A model generated the notes under the pieces. That model worked only from the letters and a program-made list of their open reading frames with translations, was not told the origin of the DNA and ran no database searches. From assembly GCA_946965045.2 (NCBI GenBank), contig OX337229.1:1364001-1428000 (forward strand): DNA of 64,000 bases, written 5' to 3'. Both the position numbers and the translations under genes were made by a program. Position 1 is the stretch's first letter. Each line of letters begins with the position of its first letter. This DNA is from Epithemia pelagica. Its lineage: Eukaryota; Protista; Bacillariophyta. Positions 31,084 through 42,389 of the stretch are shown here, one piece after another.

Positions 31084-32448
31084 ATGGTCACCTGGGGCTC
31101 GAACACCGTCCATACCTTTGGTTCCGCGGCCACTGGCTCGGCTCCAGCCACCCCTTCGTTTGGTGCTCCTGCTGCACCGTCGCCTGGTGGTGGAGGATTT
31201 TCATTCGGAGCTTCGGCGTCGCCAGCACCGTCATTTTCATTTGGATCGACGCCCGCCACAACACCGGCACCCACAACAGGATTCTCGTTTGGATCTACAG
31301 CTCCACCCCCCTCTGGGTTCTCTTTTGGAGGTGCACATGCACCAGGTAGTTCATTGTTGGGATCCCCTGCTCCTTCAGGCCTCTTTGGAGCTGCGCCTTC
31401 GGCACCGCCGACAGGAGGATTATTTGGTGCCCCGGCGCCTTCTGTATTTGGAGCTGCTCCCTCTGGCACGGGACAATTCGGATCATCGCCCGCTCAAGGG
31501 CTCGGAATGGGGACAGCTACGTCGCCATTCGGAGCGCAACCACAGCACCAGGTCCAACAGACACAACTCCCAGCACAGGCGGCCCTGCAGGCACACATGG
31601 ATGCTTCCGCTAGGCAGGAAAAAGCACGTGTAGAAGGTGCTCTTTCGACGCTTCATCAACAGTACGTTGGAACACATCCTGCCTCAGATAAATCGAGTCA
31701 TTTCGTCTCCATCCTCTACAATCAGGCTACCCCTGAGTATCAGCAACTACAGTGGCTTCATGGCATGTGGGTAGTTCAGTCATCGGGTGATCAAGGACAA
31801 CAGGCCACGCGTCGCCCAGTGGCTCCACCTCGACCTCCTCAAGTGTCCGAACGTGATTGGGAGCAGGCGGTGGTGCGGAATCCTGATCACACACATTGCA
31901 TGCCGGTTGCCTTGGTGGGCGCAGAGGCCTTGCAAGGTCGACTAGGGAGTCAACAAGAGCGAGCAAATAGCATTGCGGAACAGCGTAAAGCTTTGGAAGA
32001 TTGTCGAGATGTCATACAACAGAGATATGAATCTGTCAAGGCACAAATCCATGCTGCGCAACAGCGACACATTCGGCAGCGCCAGAAACTTTTGGACATT
32101 ATGCAGCGTGTTGAGATTTTCCGCTGCTATAACAATAGTCTCCAACCGGACGAAATCAAAGCCATGCATAGAGCCACAGATTTACATCATCAAGTCGATG
32201 GACTTTCTTCGTCAATGCACGCGCTAGATCTATCTGCCAAAGAGAAAACAGCGGCGAGTGGTGAAAACGCGGAAGAAATGGGGAAATTGCCTAATGAAGC
32301 AGAACTCAAGATCGTTCTAACTGAGCACCGTGAAGAATTGGGCAACCTTGTTGCATCGGTCAAACAAGATCTTCGTGATTTGCACCTAATTCAACGGAGA
32401 CTTGCTGATGTAACTGCTCCCAGAATTGCAGTCCAATCTCGTGTTTAG
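31084..32448 (+). CDS. NUP54: FG-repeat nucleoporin Nup54/Nup57
   Basis: N-terminal FSFG/GLFG repeats; WEQAVVRNPD..CMPVALVG Nup54 motif; coiled coil. Confidence 0.85.
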   Translation: MVTWGSNTVHTFGSAATGSAPATPSFGAPAAPSPGGGGFSFGASASPAPSFSFGSTPATTPAPTTGFSFGSTAPPPSGFSFGGAHAPGSSLLGSPAPSGLFGAAPSAPPTGGLFGAPAPSVFGAAPSGTGQFGSSPAQGLGMGTATSPFGAQPQHQVQQTQLPAQAALQAHMDASARQEKARVEGALSTLHQQYVGTHPASDKSSHFVSILYNQATPEYQQLQWLHGMWVVQSSGDQGQQATRRPVAPPRPPQVSERDWEQAVVRNPDHTHCMPVALVGAEALQGRLGSQQERANSIAEQRKALEDCRDVIQQRYESVKAQIHAAQQRHIRQRQKLLDIMQRVEIFRCYNNSLQPDEIKAMHRATDLHHQVDGLSSSMHALDLSAKEKTAASGENAEEMGKLPNEAELKIVLTEHREELGNLVASVKQDLRDLHLIQRRLADVTAPRIAVQSRV

Positions 32449-32556
32449 AGTGGGGACTAGGGAAGCCGATGGATAGCTGATCTTATTGACGAAACGCGGT
32501 AAGCAACCGACAGCGCAATTGAAGTAAAACCTCTAGTATGCGAATAGAAAAATTTG

Positions 32557-34386
32557 CTACATTCCGTCCGTTTTCGGTCGTCTGGGTTTCGTAACTTTTG
32601 CGTTCTGTCTCTGTTTTTTGGACTTGGGTTTTCTAGGAGGAACAGAGACATGTAGACTCCGCTTTTTCGAAGCCTTCTCTTCTTCTGAAGATTTTGGGGA
32701 ACTTTCTGGGACCGTAGGTTTGTCCTTTGTCTCGGTTTCTGCATCTTGACTTTCGATGTCTTTCTCGGTATCCTCAGCATCACTCGCCTCTTTTTCCTCC
32801 TCTTTTCCTTTCGATTTTGGTCTAGAGTCACTAAGTTTCTCAATCTTCGCTACATAGAAGCCGTCCATATTGTGGACATGGGGGTAAAATCTCCTGGTCA
32901 ATGAAAGCGATGGATGAAACCTTTTTTGTTGATATCGTGTATAACCGGGGTTCCCAAAATCCAAACCAGTCTCAACCAGACGAATATCTCTCTTCGTTAG
33001 AGCATAGTTGACAACTTCTTCGTTTTCTGCAATACTGACGCTGCAAGTAGAATAAACCATAACAGCTCCCTTTGTCCCCTTAAATTTGAGTGCATCAATC
33101 GCAGCCAACAAAAGCTCTTTTTGTAAATGGGCACATTGGTTCACTTCAGCAATCGTCCTTTGAACTTTGACGCTAGGATCGCGACTGATTACTCCGAGAC
33201 CTGAACATGGGGCATCCAGAAGGATTCGGTCGAATCGATTTTTAAATATAGTGCCAAGCTTTCGTCCATCATGGGTACAGGTTATGACGTTTTTGACTCC
33301 AAGACGATGCATATTGGCAACTGTTGCTTTTTGTCGCTCCTTCTTCAGATCATTCGCGATCACAACCCCTGTATTTTTCATAAGTTGAGCAATGTACGAC
33401 GTCTTCCCTCCTGGCGCAGCCGACATGTCTAAGACCTTTTCCTTTGGTTCTGGGCCTAGTGCCAGGACTGGGCACATGGACGCTGCACTCTGCAGCATGT
33501 AGTGACCGCCCAGGTATTCAGGGGTTGCCCCGATAGGAACCGGGCTTTCAACAATCTTCAAGCCTACCTTGGACCAGTTCGCCAGGGGATCAAGCGAGAC
33601 TCCCCGCTTAATAAGAGCCGCCGCCAAATCCTTTCGACGAACTTTCAGAGTGTTGGTACGGATCACTAAAGGTCGAGGTTTGTCCGATGCGTCGATAAAC
33701 TCCAATGCCTCGGTTGGTCCGAACATTGACAAAAAGTATTCGACCAGTTCCGGTAAGTATCCGTAAAGTTCTGCAATAAAATGACCCAAGACATCAATGT
33801 ACTCTTTTCGGGAACGACCAGCTTGGCGGCGCATTTTGAAATCAGCCAAGACTTCTAGTATTGAATCAATGTGAGAACGGAAAGCTGATGGAGGCACAAC
33901 ACGGTCAGCATCTTTCTCCAATTCTTCTGGAGAAGGCAAGTGATACAGACTTGTATGTTCATTGATAGTACGCCTCATTTCCTCTTCAGCTTCTAACTTC
34001 TCGGCTTCCATCTCCTTGTCGACGCGCCTTGACTCACGTTCGATCTCTAGAAGATCTTCATCATCTTCATCGTCCGAAAGAAGACCAGATTTATCTTCAT
34101 TCTTTCCCTCTGTACTGAGGCGCTGATTCTCGCGTTTCGGTCGCAACCAGCCTGCGTTTTCATCTGAAAAGAGTGGACCAGTCTTCGCATGTTCCGACGA
34201 ACTGTCATCGGAATCTTCAGAGTCCGCCTTCTCTGGAGGGGCCTCTTTGTCGTCGTGCTCTGTTGACGACGCTTCCAATTCCTCATCGGAGTCAAATCTC
34301 TTCAGATCAGGATCATGTGGAACCATGCTACCGCCCTCTTTCTCTTTACAATTGCTGGGCTTCTTCTTCTTCTTCGCCATCTTCAT
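32557..34386 (-). CDS. NOP2: 25S rRNA cytosine-C5 methyltransferase NOP2/NSUN1
   Basis: YMLQSAAS, VLDMSAAPGGKT, ILLDAPCSG, VYSTCS and RFYPHVHNMDGFY motifs. Confidence 0.95.
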   Translation of the reverse strand: MKMAKKKKKPSNCKEKEGGSMVPHDPDLKRFDSDEELEASSTEHDDKEAPPEKADSEDSDDSSSEHAKTGPLFSDENAGWLRPKRENQRLSTEGKNEDKSGLLSDDEDDEDLLEIERESRRVDKEMEAEKLEAEEEMRRTINEHTSLYHLPSPEELEKDADRVVPPSAFRSHIDSILEVLADFKMRRQAGRSRKEYIDVLGHFIAELYGYLPELVEYFLSMFGPTEALEFIDASDKPRPLVIRTNTLKVRRKDLAAALIKRGVSLDPLANWSKVGLKIVESPVPIGATPEYLGGHYMLQSAASMCPVLALGPEPKEKVLDMSAAPGGKTSYIAQLMKNTGVVIANDLKKERQKATVANMHRLGVKNVITCTHDGRKLGTIFKNRFDRILLDAPCSGLGVISRDPSVKVQRTIAEVNQCAHLQKELLLAAIDALKFKGTKGAVMVYSTCSVSIAENEEVVNYALTKRDIRLVETGLDFGNPGYTRYQQKRFHPSLSLTRRFYPHVHNMDGFYVAKIEKLSDSRPKSKGKEEEKEASDAEDTEKDIESQDAETETKDKPTVPESSPKSSEEEKASKKRSLHVSVPPRKPKSKKQRQNAKVTKPRRPKTDGM

Positions 34387-34645
34387 CGGTCGTTGACTTT
34401 GTTCTAACTGTTGCGTGATTTGTGATGGTTGGTTGTGGTGGAAAATGGATCAGTCGCTTTTAGGTAGCTTTAAGGTCTCCTCTCAGCCGCTTTTCTCAGT
34501 CCGGGTTGCGCCGCCACAACGCGGCAAGCGCATAATAGCCGATCGGTTCAATCGAGAGTCTATTGAAGCCTTACACGCTACAACTCCCAAATAGCATCGA
34601 AGCATCGCATATCCGAGCTAGTAGATTTCGAAAGAAGATTCGAGA

Positions 34646-34891
34646 ATGGCAGAAGTTGGGGGTATTACTGAGCTTCAATTGTTGGAAGCGGAAATCGCCG
34701 TGTTGGAGAAACAGCTTGATTCTGTTATGAACGCCGAAAACACAAGCAAAGCATGTGCGCGAATTGTCAGTGCAATCAGAGCTGCAGAGACTAAGGACGG
34801 TTTTCTGATGATACAAGGCGCTCAAGAACACAACCAGTTTCATTCATCGGCAGGAAATCCGAACGGGGGAGGTTGCTGTACTGTCTTGTGA
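34646..34891 (+). CDS. Candidate heterotrimeric G-protein gamma subunit (81 aa)
   Basis: N-terminal coiled coil, SKACARIV helix, DGF..NQF and C-terminal CCTVL (CaaX plus an upstream Cys). Confidence 0.7.
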   Translation: MAEVGGITELQLLEAEIAVLEKQLDSVMNAENTSKACARIVSAIRAAETKDGFLMIQGAQEHNQFHSSAGNPNGGGCCTVL

Positions 34892-35258
34892 TTAAGTGGC
34901 GCTCTAATTGCATGTTCATGGATGCAAAAGTGTAAATATCTACAAAATACACATAAATACATGTCCAGTTTCGATCACTCATACGAGTGCATAAAGTTCT
35001 ATAGTCTCTCTGTGTTTCTCCGATGCATCTTTTCTGCTCTTACGTTCGATCCGGTTTGGGCTCATTTGCCGACCATGCAAGTGAGGATGGTTTGACATCG
35101 TTCGCAGACCAAGCAAGTGAAGATTTGTTTATTTGACGGAGTTGCTTGCGTACTTTCATTGTTTCTGTGTCCTCAACACCACGACGATACCTGTTCAAAA
35201 TATTATAGAGAAAATGTAAGAAAGATTTCCGAAAACCCTCCGGGCATACATAATATAC

Positions 35259-38200
35259 TCACATCCACGGCAGGGCCGGATACTCAGTCAAAACAGGCTG
35301 TCGATAGGTTTTCTCGCTGAACGACTGCCGTCTTTTTTCAACGTTGAAAGAAGTTCGGTCGGCGGACTTTTCCTTCAAGTCAGTTCCTTCATCGACATGT
35401 AAGGAACGATCATAATGCCTAGCACGCTCCAAACTGAGCTTCGTGCTAGGAATCACGTACGTGCTCTCAAGAAACCTCATTACCAGTATTGTGATGATGG
35501 GCAATGGAACCAAAGCTGCTGGCTGATAGTAACAGCCACGAGTCACAGTATAACCCAGCAATGTCATCTGAGAACATACCAGACCAAACAGTGTCCGTTG
35601 TACAGCAAGTGGGAACATTGCTCCTCCACTTTCATAGACCTGAAAACAAACAAAGGCACAACGGGTTAACTCATGGGTCCAAGGATAATCTGCTGGGCCG
35701 CGCGAGAATCTTACTGGACTATATACATAGAGAACCTGCTTCTTGTAGACAACAGAAGCGCCAAAAAAGTAAAGCAATCCCACAGGTAGGATGATCGGGC
35801 AAATGATCGCGTACGTAAAGACAATAACGACAACCAGCAACTGTGTGCAAAATTCCCATCCATACATAACGTTTTCCAAGCGATAAACCTAACATCATTA
35901 ACAAAGTGAGAAGATTAACGTTCCTGTTTAGGTCTGTTCGCATTCACACAAACCGCACTCACCCAGTCAAGTTCGCGCTGAGTCACTTTCAGCTCGGTTC
36001 TCGCCAAGAGACGCAGAGCGAACATACGAAAGAGCGCACCAAAACGGAGGAATATCATGGGTAAACCTGCCATGATTTTGGTCACAAGAAGTGCTACAAA
36101 GTAACCAACCATGGTTGGAAGGGAATCTCCAAGCAAACTTAAAATATTGGATGGGTGATCTGAAAAAATGGTCAACATGAGATCGCGGCAAGTTCATTGT
36201 AATTTTCATCAATTGAACATCTTACCAATGATGTCAGCCAATGACTTTAGAATAGATCCTGCTGTGACCGAAACGTAAACATTTGCGAGTTGAAAAAAGA
36301 AATACCGACCAAGAATTGAGGACTGGACATCTGAAAAGGTCTTCCTTCGCTCATAACGAACTGCTATCTGTTCGAACACTGCAGGTAGTACACTGATTAA
36401 ACCAAGAAGGGCTATGACTGGAAGGTAGCCGTTGACGAATCGCGTGAGAGTACCGCCGTGAAATGTCTTAATCCACTCCAGTCCTGGCAGCGTTGCCTTT
36501 AAAGAATAATACAGAGACCAGACACCCGAGCATCAGATTGCGGCTGCGTTCAGTCAAGTCGTCATATGCACAATTGGAGTACGTACTAGATAGTCGGCTT
36601 TTGCAAACACCTGCGAGTATTAAAAGCAGACAAAGACAAGATCAGGAAAGGTCCGAAACAAAGATGCAATCGAATGCCATGAAACGTACTTGAATAAACG
36701 TCAGAGGGAAACTCCACAAGATACCTCCGAGAAAAAGAATCATGTTAACAATTTGCTCTCGTCTCATCTGTGTAGTTTTCGATATGTGTACGTTCTGCCA
36801 GTTGATTCCTCGCGGTTCTGGTGCCACTGTTCTCATCAGTGCACCAGCCTTCACAGTGAGAGCTGCACTAATAGCACAAGTGGTTGACGAGAGATCCAAA
36901 AACGTAACGAAACCTGTTGAAGACATGGTGGACCCGACGACACTCTCCACCGTTATGTCGAGTTGTTTAGTTGCCAACTTCAAGCATGCCACGACAAAAT
37001 CAAGACCAAGTCGACCAGCCCATTTGCGCATGGTTGAAGAATGTCTTTCTGTATTGAATTGATTCGCGCTAGAAGTTTTTGTCTGATCAGAATCAGGTTC
37101 CTTACAGAAAGAAGAATATGAGGTATCGCCAAGTGGGATGTGTGCATACCGAGAAACACCGAAACATACCTCATGAGATTCATGTGCCAAAAAGTCATCT
37201 CCAAGAAGACGAGACTTTCTGTCTGATTTCCCCGATGTAAGAATGGCGAAGGAGCCGTACTTTGAGGTCATATGTTCAACAGCTCTTTCGTCCGAATACG
37301 GATAAGACTCTGACGGCGCATGTAACGAGTTCTCTTGAAGTGAATCTTCGATGATTTGATCGGAGATGTTTGCAGCTTCCAACATCATGCGATCGAACCA
37401 ATTCGACGCCTGTGTTTGCCTATTACCCGATTGAGCAATCGCTCTTACTGAAATCTGAAGCTCTGAAAGCCTTCGACTATGTTCAGCCAGTTCCATGGTA
37501 TAGTAAGTGATACTATCGACTCTGACCCCACGTTTTGGTTTGTGAGCCGCAGCCTCAATCGAGCCTCTCCGAGAGTCAACATCAATAAAAAGTGGGTCAG
37601 GTTCATTTATGCAGAACAGGGTGCTGGGGTTGACATCGACGGGTTCCATATCTAGTCCCATAACTGAAAGACGGCCTGCAACGTAAGACAAAGTTGAATT
37701 GCGAGTCAGACTTCACAGAGCGAGATTGCTAAACGATCTGGCTGTGCTTACTTTGTCCTGCTCGGTGGGACGGTCTTTTGCCGCTTGCGTGTAGATGCGC
37801 AATGCTTTTTTCCAGACGACGGCAAGATCGCATGCATTTTCTTGAGACCTCTTCAAGTTCGGGAACTTTCAGGACAACGCATGCGGAATGAACTTTACCC
37901 GGAAATAAATTATCGAAATAGTCATACAAGGCCCTATCACTTCGAAGTTCGTATGGTATGTTCTCGATCATCAGTGAGTAGCGATTCTGGGGAAGAACAT
38001 GTTCAGAACCTCGGGCGAGGAAGTCCTGACGAAGCTCGAGGTAATGTCTGTACTCTTGCTTGATGACGAACACGACAAATGCACAGAAAAAATAAGCAAA
38101 CAGCACTGGCATCCACATTCTCCATGAGTCTGTTGAAACGTTTGCGGCAGATAGATGATACCAGCCCAAGGCATTGTTGCTGCCAGTTATATAAACCGGT

Positions 38201-38802
38201 ACGAGGATGAGAAAGAACCAGAAGGAGCTGACCGCTGTGATTCGAACAAGCATACGAATATATCTCAAAAAGAAATATCCATCGAGTCCAGCAACCTTCC
38301 TTATAAGAGTCCATGATAGCGATTGGATTGGATGTATCCAATCCAACGGCTCGTTGTCTGGTAGAACTGCCTCACGAAATGTTGATTGTCGGTCTTGACG
38401 AAACAGCAGATCTGCTAGCGGCGGAAGAGGAGAGGTTGTTGACAAGTTCTCATCAACCTCGACATTCTCTCCGTCTTGAGAATTCGAGTAGCGTATTCGT
38501 TTGTCATCTTCTGTCGATTCTTCGCTAATTGTTTCATCACTTCTAGCAAACTCTCGGTATGCACTTCCGCTTCGCATAAACACAGAAAGTCTCTTGCGAC
38601 TCGAATAAACATGAGGCCACAGGCGTCTCAGGACTTCGTAGGTTATCATCAGCATGACAAAGACAATGCTATTGAAAAATACTGCGGTCAAGACTGCGTC
38701 CACGGAGACATCTTCTACTGGGACCAAGTTGGAATCAAATTCCGTCGAGTTGCCGTAAAAATCACCAGTGTTGTTTCCCCAATAAAAATTGAAATACCTC
38801 AT
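35259..38802 (-). CDS. OSCA/TMEM63 (CSC1/ERD4-like) mechanosensitive cation channel, multi-exon
   Basis: AGLDGYFFLRY, YSLMIENIPYELR, APEPRGINWQN, PIILPVGLLYF and KKQVLYVY motifs over several exons; intron boundaries only partly traced. Confidence 0.9.
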
Positions 38803-39067
38803 CGTCTCTGTTGACCTTACGAAAAATAAAGACTGAAAGACGATGAAGAGCGAGCAGAAGTAAAGACTATGATCCTCTGTTGCGTGTTTGTTTTCGTTGC
38901 CGCTCAGGTCCAGGTAGATTTGCGTCGAACTGCTTGTAGCCCTGCCTGCGCGCACATATTTCAAGAATCCTCGCCACGCGTTCTTTGAGATAATCGGCGA
39001 GTCGCCCCCTCTTATTATTTTTGTTACTACTCCGTACAATATAATATTGTAGGTAGCTAGGTAGAGA

Positions 39068-39093
39068 CCAAAACCCCAAAACCCCAAAACCCC
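39068..39093 (-). repeat. (C4A4)3 tract, i.e. G4T4 on the - strand
   Basis: ccAAAACCCCAAAACCCCAAAACCCC on the + strand. Confidence 0.9.
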
Positions 39094-39685
39094 ACGGTTC
39101 GATATTAAATAATTGTGCAGATAAATAATAAGCGTCCCCTATCATTGGAAATCGGAGTAGATTGGAAGTATTTAAAGAGCAAGGAGATAAAGTAGTAGAC
39201 ATCGCCTGGGAGCACTTGTGTTCTGTAACTTCGGCAGGTTGTGCTTGGTGTTTGGTGGAAAGAGTCGAGTTCGAGCCTGGTAGGCCGCCGTGCTTTGGCT
39301 TGTCCATTTCAAATTTGGGGTAAATACTGGCACCTAACGGTAACGATAGGTGTCAGGGTTTTCAAAGAAGCTGGGATCGCCTCTAGGCTGGTAACAGAGC
39401 AGGGAAAACAGCTCGCCCTTAATCGTGAAAGGATAGCAAGCCTTTATGGTTGCAAAGGAATTCGCTTGGTTCTTTACGCTGTGCATCCGGTGCTCAGTGT
39501 CAACACACTTTTTGCACCCTGACTCGATTCAAGGCCAGCGCCAATGAGGTGTTTAGTTGGACTAAACTGCTTTGAGATATCGTAGAGTTTTTGTGACACT
39601 ACTTTTTCAGATCGAGAATATTGATGGAATCCTAAAGTTAGTAATCAAAATAGAAGCGATCAAAACAATTCAAAACAATCCTCAC

Positions 39686-39742
39686 GGGGTTTTGGGGTTT
39701 TGGGGTTTTGGGGTTTTGGGGTTTTGGGGTTTTGGGGTTGGG
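39686..39742 (+). repeat. (G4T4)6-G4 tract
   Basis: (GGGGTTTT)x6 GGGG TT GGG. Confidence 0.95.
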
Positions 39743-40006
39743 TCATGGCCCAACCATGACACACCAACACGGCAAGAATCAGCCAGCGCCCCGCATGAGG
39801 ACAAGAACGGCCATGTTGTTGTTGTTGTTGTTTAAGAGGATCCTCTGGTTGGTTTTTGGTTGTGTCCTTCCTTTTGGCGCCCAACAAAGGCTGGATGGAA
39901 AACAAAGAAGGGAAAAAAGAAGACGATGCCATTCTTCTCCTCTTTTAACAAATAATGAGGTGTGGAGTCAATCGAAAAGGGGAATCGACAATCGAAAGAG
40001 GAGAGT

Positions 40007-42223
40007 ATGAAACATGAAAAAACATATGAGCCACAGAAAAGTCACTTATTCGCGTCGTGGCAAAAAGCAAGATCCTTATTCAACAAAAGACTAAGCTGGG
40101 TCGGTCATCCAATGACCGTCCCAACACAACTTAATCTTCCAGGAACTCTTTGGGTGCGTTTACTTGGTCATCGTTCGTCCGTCGATCCCTTCTTGATTGA
40201 TGCGGTACGATGCGTGCTACATTCCCTTTCCAGTACGGAGGTAATCGGTAATGACCGTTGGGCCTCATTTTTCCCCCATGACCAGTCGGAATCGAAAAGG
40301 GGAGGTTCAAAGAAGAAGGTCACTTTTTGGACGCTTTTGGATGCTGTCCAACTCATGTCCGTGGACCGTACGAGAATGCCTCCCTTGTTTCCCATCAAGC
40401 CTCTTCTTATGGCAAACAAGAAGGAACCCGTTCCAGTCGAAACGAGACGTCCTCCTCCACAACAACAAGAACAACAACAAGGACATGGTCGTCATTCGCA
40501 GTATCGTCGTCGCCATCGTCGGTGTTCAATGATCGCTGCAATTCTTTTTTCTCAATGTTTGTTTCATTCTTTGGTGTCCTTTAGGTCCCAACCACCACAC
40601 ATTCATACTTCGATAGTAACGACTGGTACTACTGTCGACCTTAATCGGCAACGAGAAGAAGAAGAAGAACACAAACGACTAGTAGAGGACACTTATGGCG
40701 AGGACCACCCGAATCGGCTAGTACAACGACAAGAAGGTTCTGTCGACACTAGTAGTACCCAGAAGCCAAAGAATTCCAGCACCGACGACAAGAAAGACCA
40801 CAATCACGCCACTCTTGTCGGGGTCATACAGGACGAGAAACAGTCGACGCCAAAGTTGGAACCAGCCATTGCAAACAAACGCTTTCATGAGTTTCCCATT
40901 GCCGAGTTTCACCAATCGAAGCTCAAGGGCCGAAAACTCTATACATCCGCCTTTGAAGAAGCGACGGTTCTAAATGCCTCGTCCTCGTCTTGGTTTGTGC
41001 CTCAAAAGCACTGTCTTCCGCTTCAGGATCGAAGCAATGCGTCGTGTTGTGCGGAAACAGTGGCCATTTCGTTGGACCAAGACGATCATCACATTATCAA
41101 TACGGCCGACAGTTTGGATATTGCCGATTTGTCTTTGGAAAAATATGGCGATCGCAATGGACTTCGTTTCTTTTCCACACAAGGCAAACAACAGCTGGGT
41201 CTTGACACGTCGGTATTTCCCTGCTTGCAACCGGGTACTATTTTTCACATTGACAATCATGGCAATTTGCTCGATGAATTTTTTATTCAGCTTTTGCCAA
41301 ACATCACTGTCCCCTTTGTGATTCTGACAACCAAATCCGATGCGGATTCGCCCTTCAGATTTGGCGAACGATTGGGGACGGAACCGAAATTGCTCAAATG
41401 GTATGGACAATCACCATTACTGACCAATATCCCCAAGAATGAACACTACGACCTTGCCGTGAGCAAACTCGAGAGTTTTCCGTTGGGACTCACCGTCAGG
41501 TTTGAACAAAGTCGACTCTTGAATCGGTATTTGGAATTGAGGAACTACACCAATCCCTTTTCGGGTGTCCAACTGGAACGATGGACCAACGCAAGTGTCT
41601 GGAAGGTGTTGGATAATCCCAATGCCACGTCGGGAGCCATTGACAATGCATTTTACGACACTCTCTTTGTCAAATTTGGTGTCAATGGAAACTCCCAACC
41701 GTGGCGACGGCCGCTGTGGGATTATTTGTGTGACACTGTCTCAGCCAACCCAAGACGTGATTCTATTTCGTGTAATTCCAGCCAAACGTCGACTCTGGAA
41801 ATTTACCGAGCCGGATCCCCGTATTTGTTTGGCATGAGCCCCATGGGTATGGGATGGGATTGCTATCGAACCTACGAATTGTTGATCTTGGGTATCATTC
41901 CCATTGTTCCGGCTCGACCGGGCGGGACTCACCGACAGTTTGAGAACTTGCCCGTGCTCGAATTCAACATGTCGGCCATACCCAACATGTCCAAGCGACA
42001 ATTGTTGCAAGAAATGCGCGACTATATCCAGAGCGATGCCTTTGTCAAGGCTGATTTTGCCAAGGGATGGGAACGCTTGTTTTTACGGTATCGGAGGCGG
42101 CACGTTTTGAAAACGACCGGTCGGGACAAGGATATTGTGGTGGATCCCCATACCGGTCGTGAGTTTTATCAGGCATGGAGATATTCCGTCGTACAGGGCT
42201 CTTTTGCTAGTAGCGACAAATAA
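40007..42223 (+). CDS. Membrane-anchored putative glycosyltransferase (exostosin/GT47-like C-terminus)
   Basis: Hydrophobic segment MIAAILFSQCLFHSLVSF; C-terminal FGMSPMGMGWDCYRTYELLILGIIPIV. Start codon uncertain. Confidence 0.55.
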   Translation: MKHEKTYEPQKSHLFASWQKARSLFNKRLSWVGHPMTVPTQLNLPGTLWVRLLGHRSSVDPFLIDAVRCVLHSLSSTEVIGNDRWASFFPHDQSESKRGGSKKKVTFWTLLDAVQLMSVDRTRMPPLFPIKPLLMANKKEPVPVETRRPPPQQQEQQQGHGRHSQYRRRHRRCSMIAAILFSQCLFHSLVSFRSQPPHIHTSIVTTGTTVDLNRQREEEEEHKRLVEDTYGEDHPNRLVQRQEGSVDTSSTQKPKNSSTDDKKDHNHATLVGVIQDEKQSTPKLEPAIANKRFHEFPIAEFHQSKLKGRKLYTSAFEEATVLNASSSSWFVPQKHCLPLQDRSNASCCAETVAISLDQDDHHIINTADSLDIADLSLEKYGDRNGLRFFSTQGKQQLGLDTSVFPCLQPGTIFHIDNHGNLLDEFFIQLLPNITVPFVILTTKSDADSPFRFGERLGTEPKLLKWYGQSPLLTNIPKNEHYDLAVSKLESFPLGLTVRFEQSRLLNRYLELRNYTNPFSGVQLERWTNASVWKVLDNPNATSGAIDNAFYDTLFVKFGVNGNSQPWRRPLWDYLCDTVSANPRRDSISCNSSQTSTLEIYRAGSPYLFGMSPMGMGWDCYRTYELLILGIIPIVPARPGGTHRQFENLPVLEFNMSAIPNMSKRQLLQEMRDYIQSDAFVKADFAKGWERLFLRYRRRHVLKTTGRDKDIVVDPHTGREFYQAWRYSVVQGSFASSDK

Positions 42224-42255
42224 CGAGAGGAGATTGGAGGATATTATCCTTATGG

Positions 42256-42345
42256 ATACTATAGCTCCCTAGCTACTAGGAGTAGAGTAGAGGGTACTCC
42301 TAGCTATAGGTTGCAACGAAGCCCGTACTAGGAGTACTAGGAGTA
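42256..42345. other. Intergenic CTAGGAGTA motif island
   Basis: CTAGGAGTA at 42276, 42328 and 42337; TACTCCTAG at 42295. Confidence 0.75.
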
Positions 42346-42389
42346 GATTGCAAGATTCTCCTTCAGACTACGTTCGAGTAATTCATTAA

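Noticed and set aside
39686-39742. True chromosome end or CRISPR-like array
   Set aside because: It is internal with intact genes on both sides, and the 8-bp units have no spacers.
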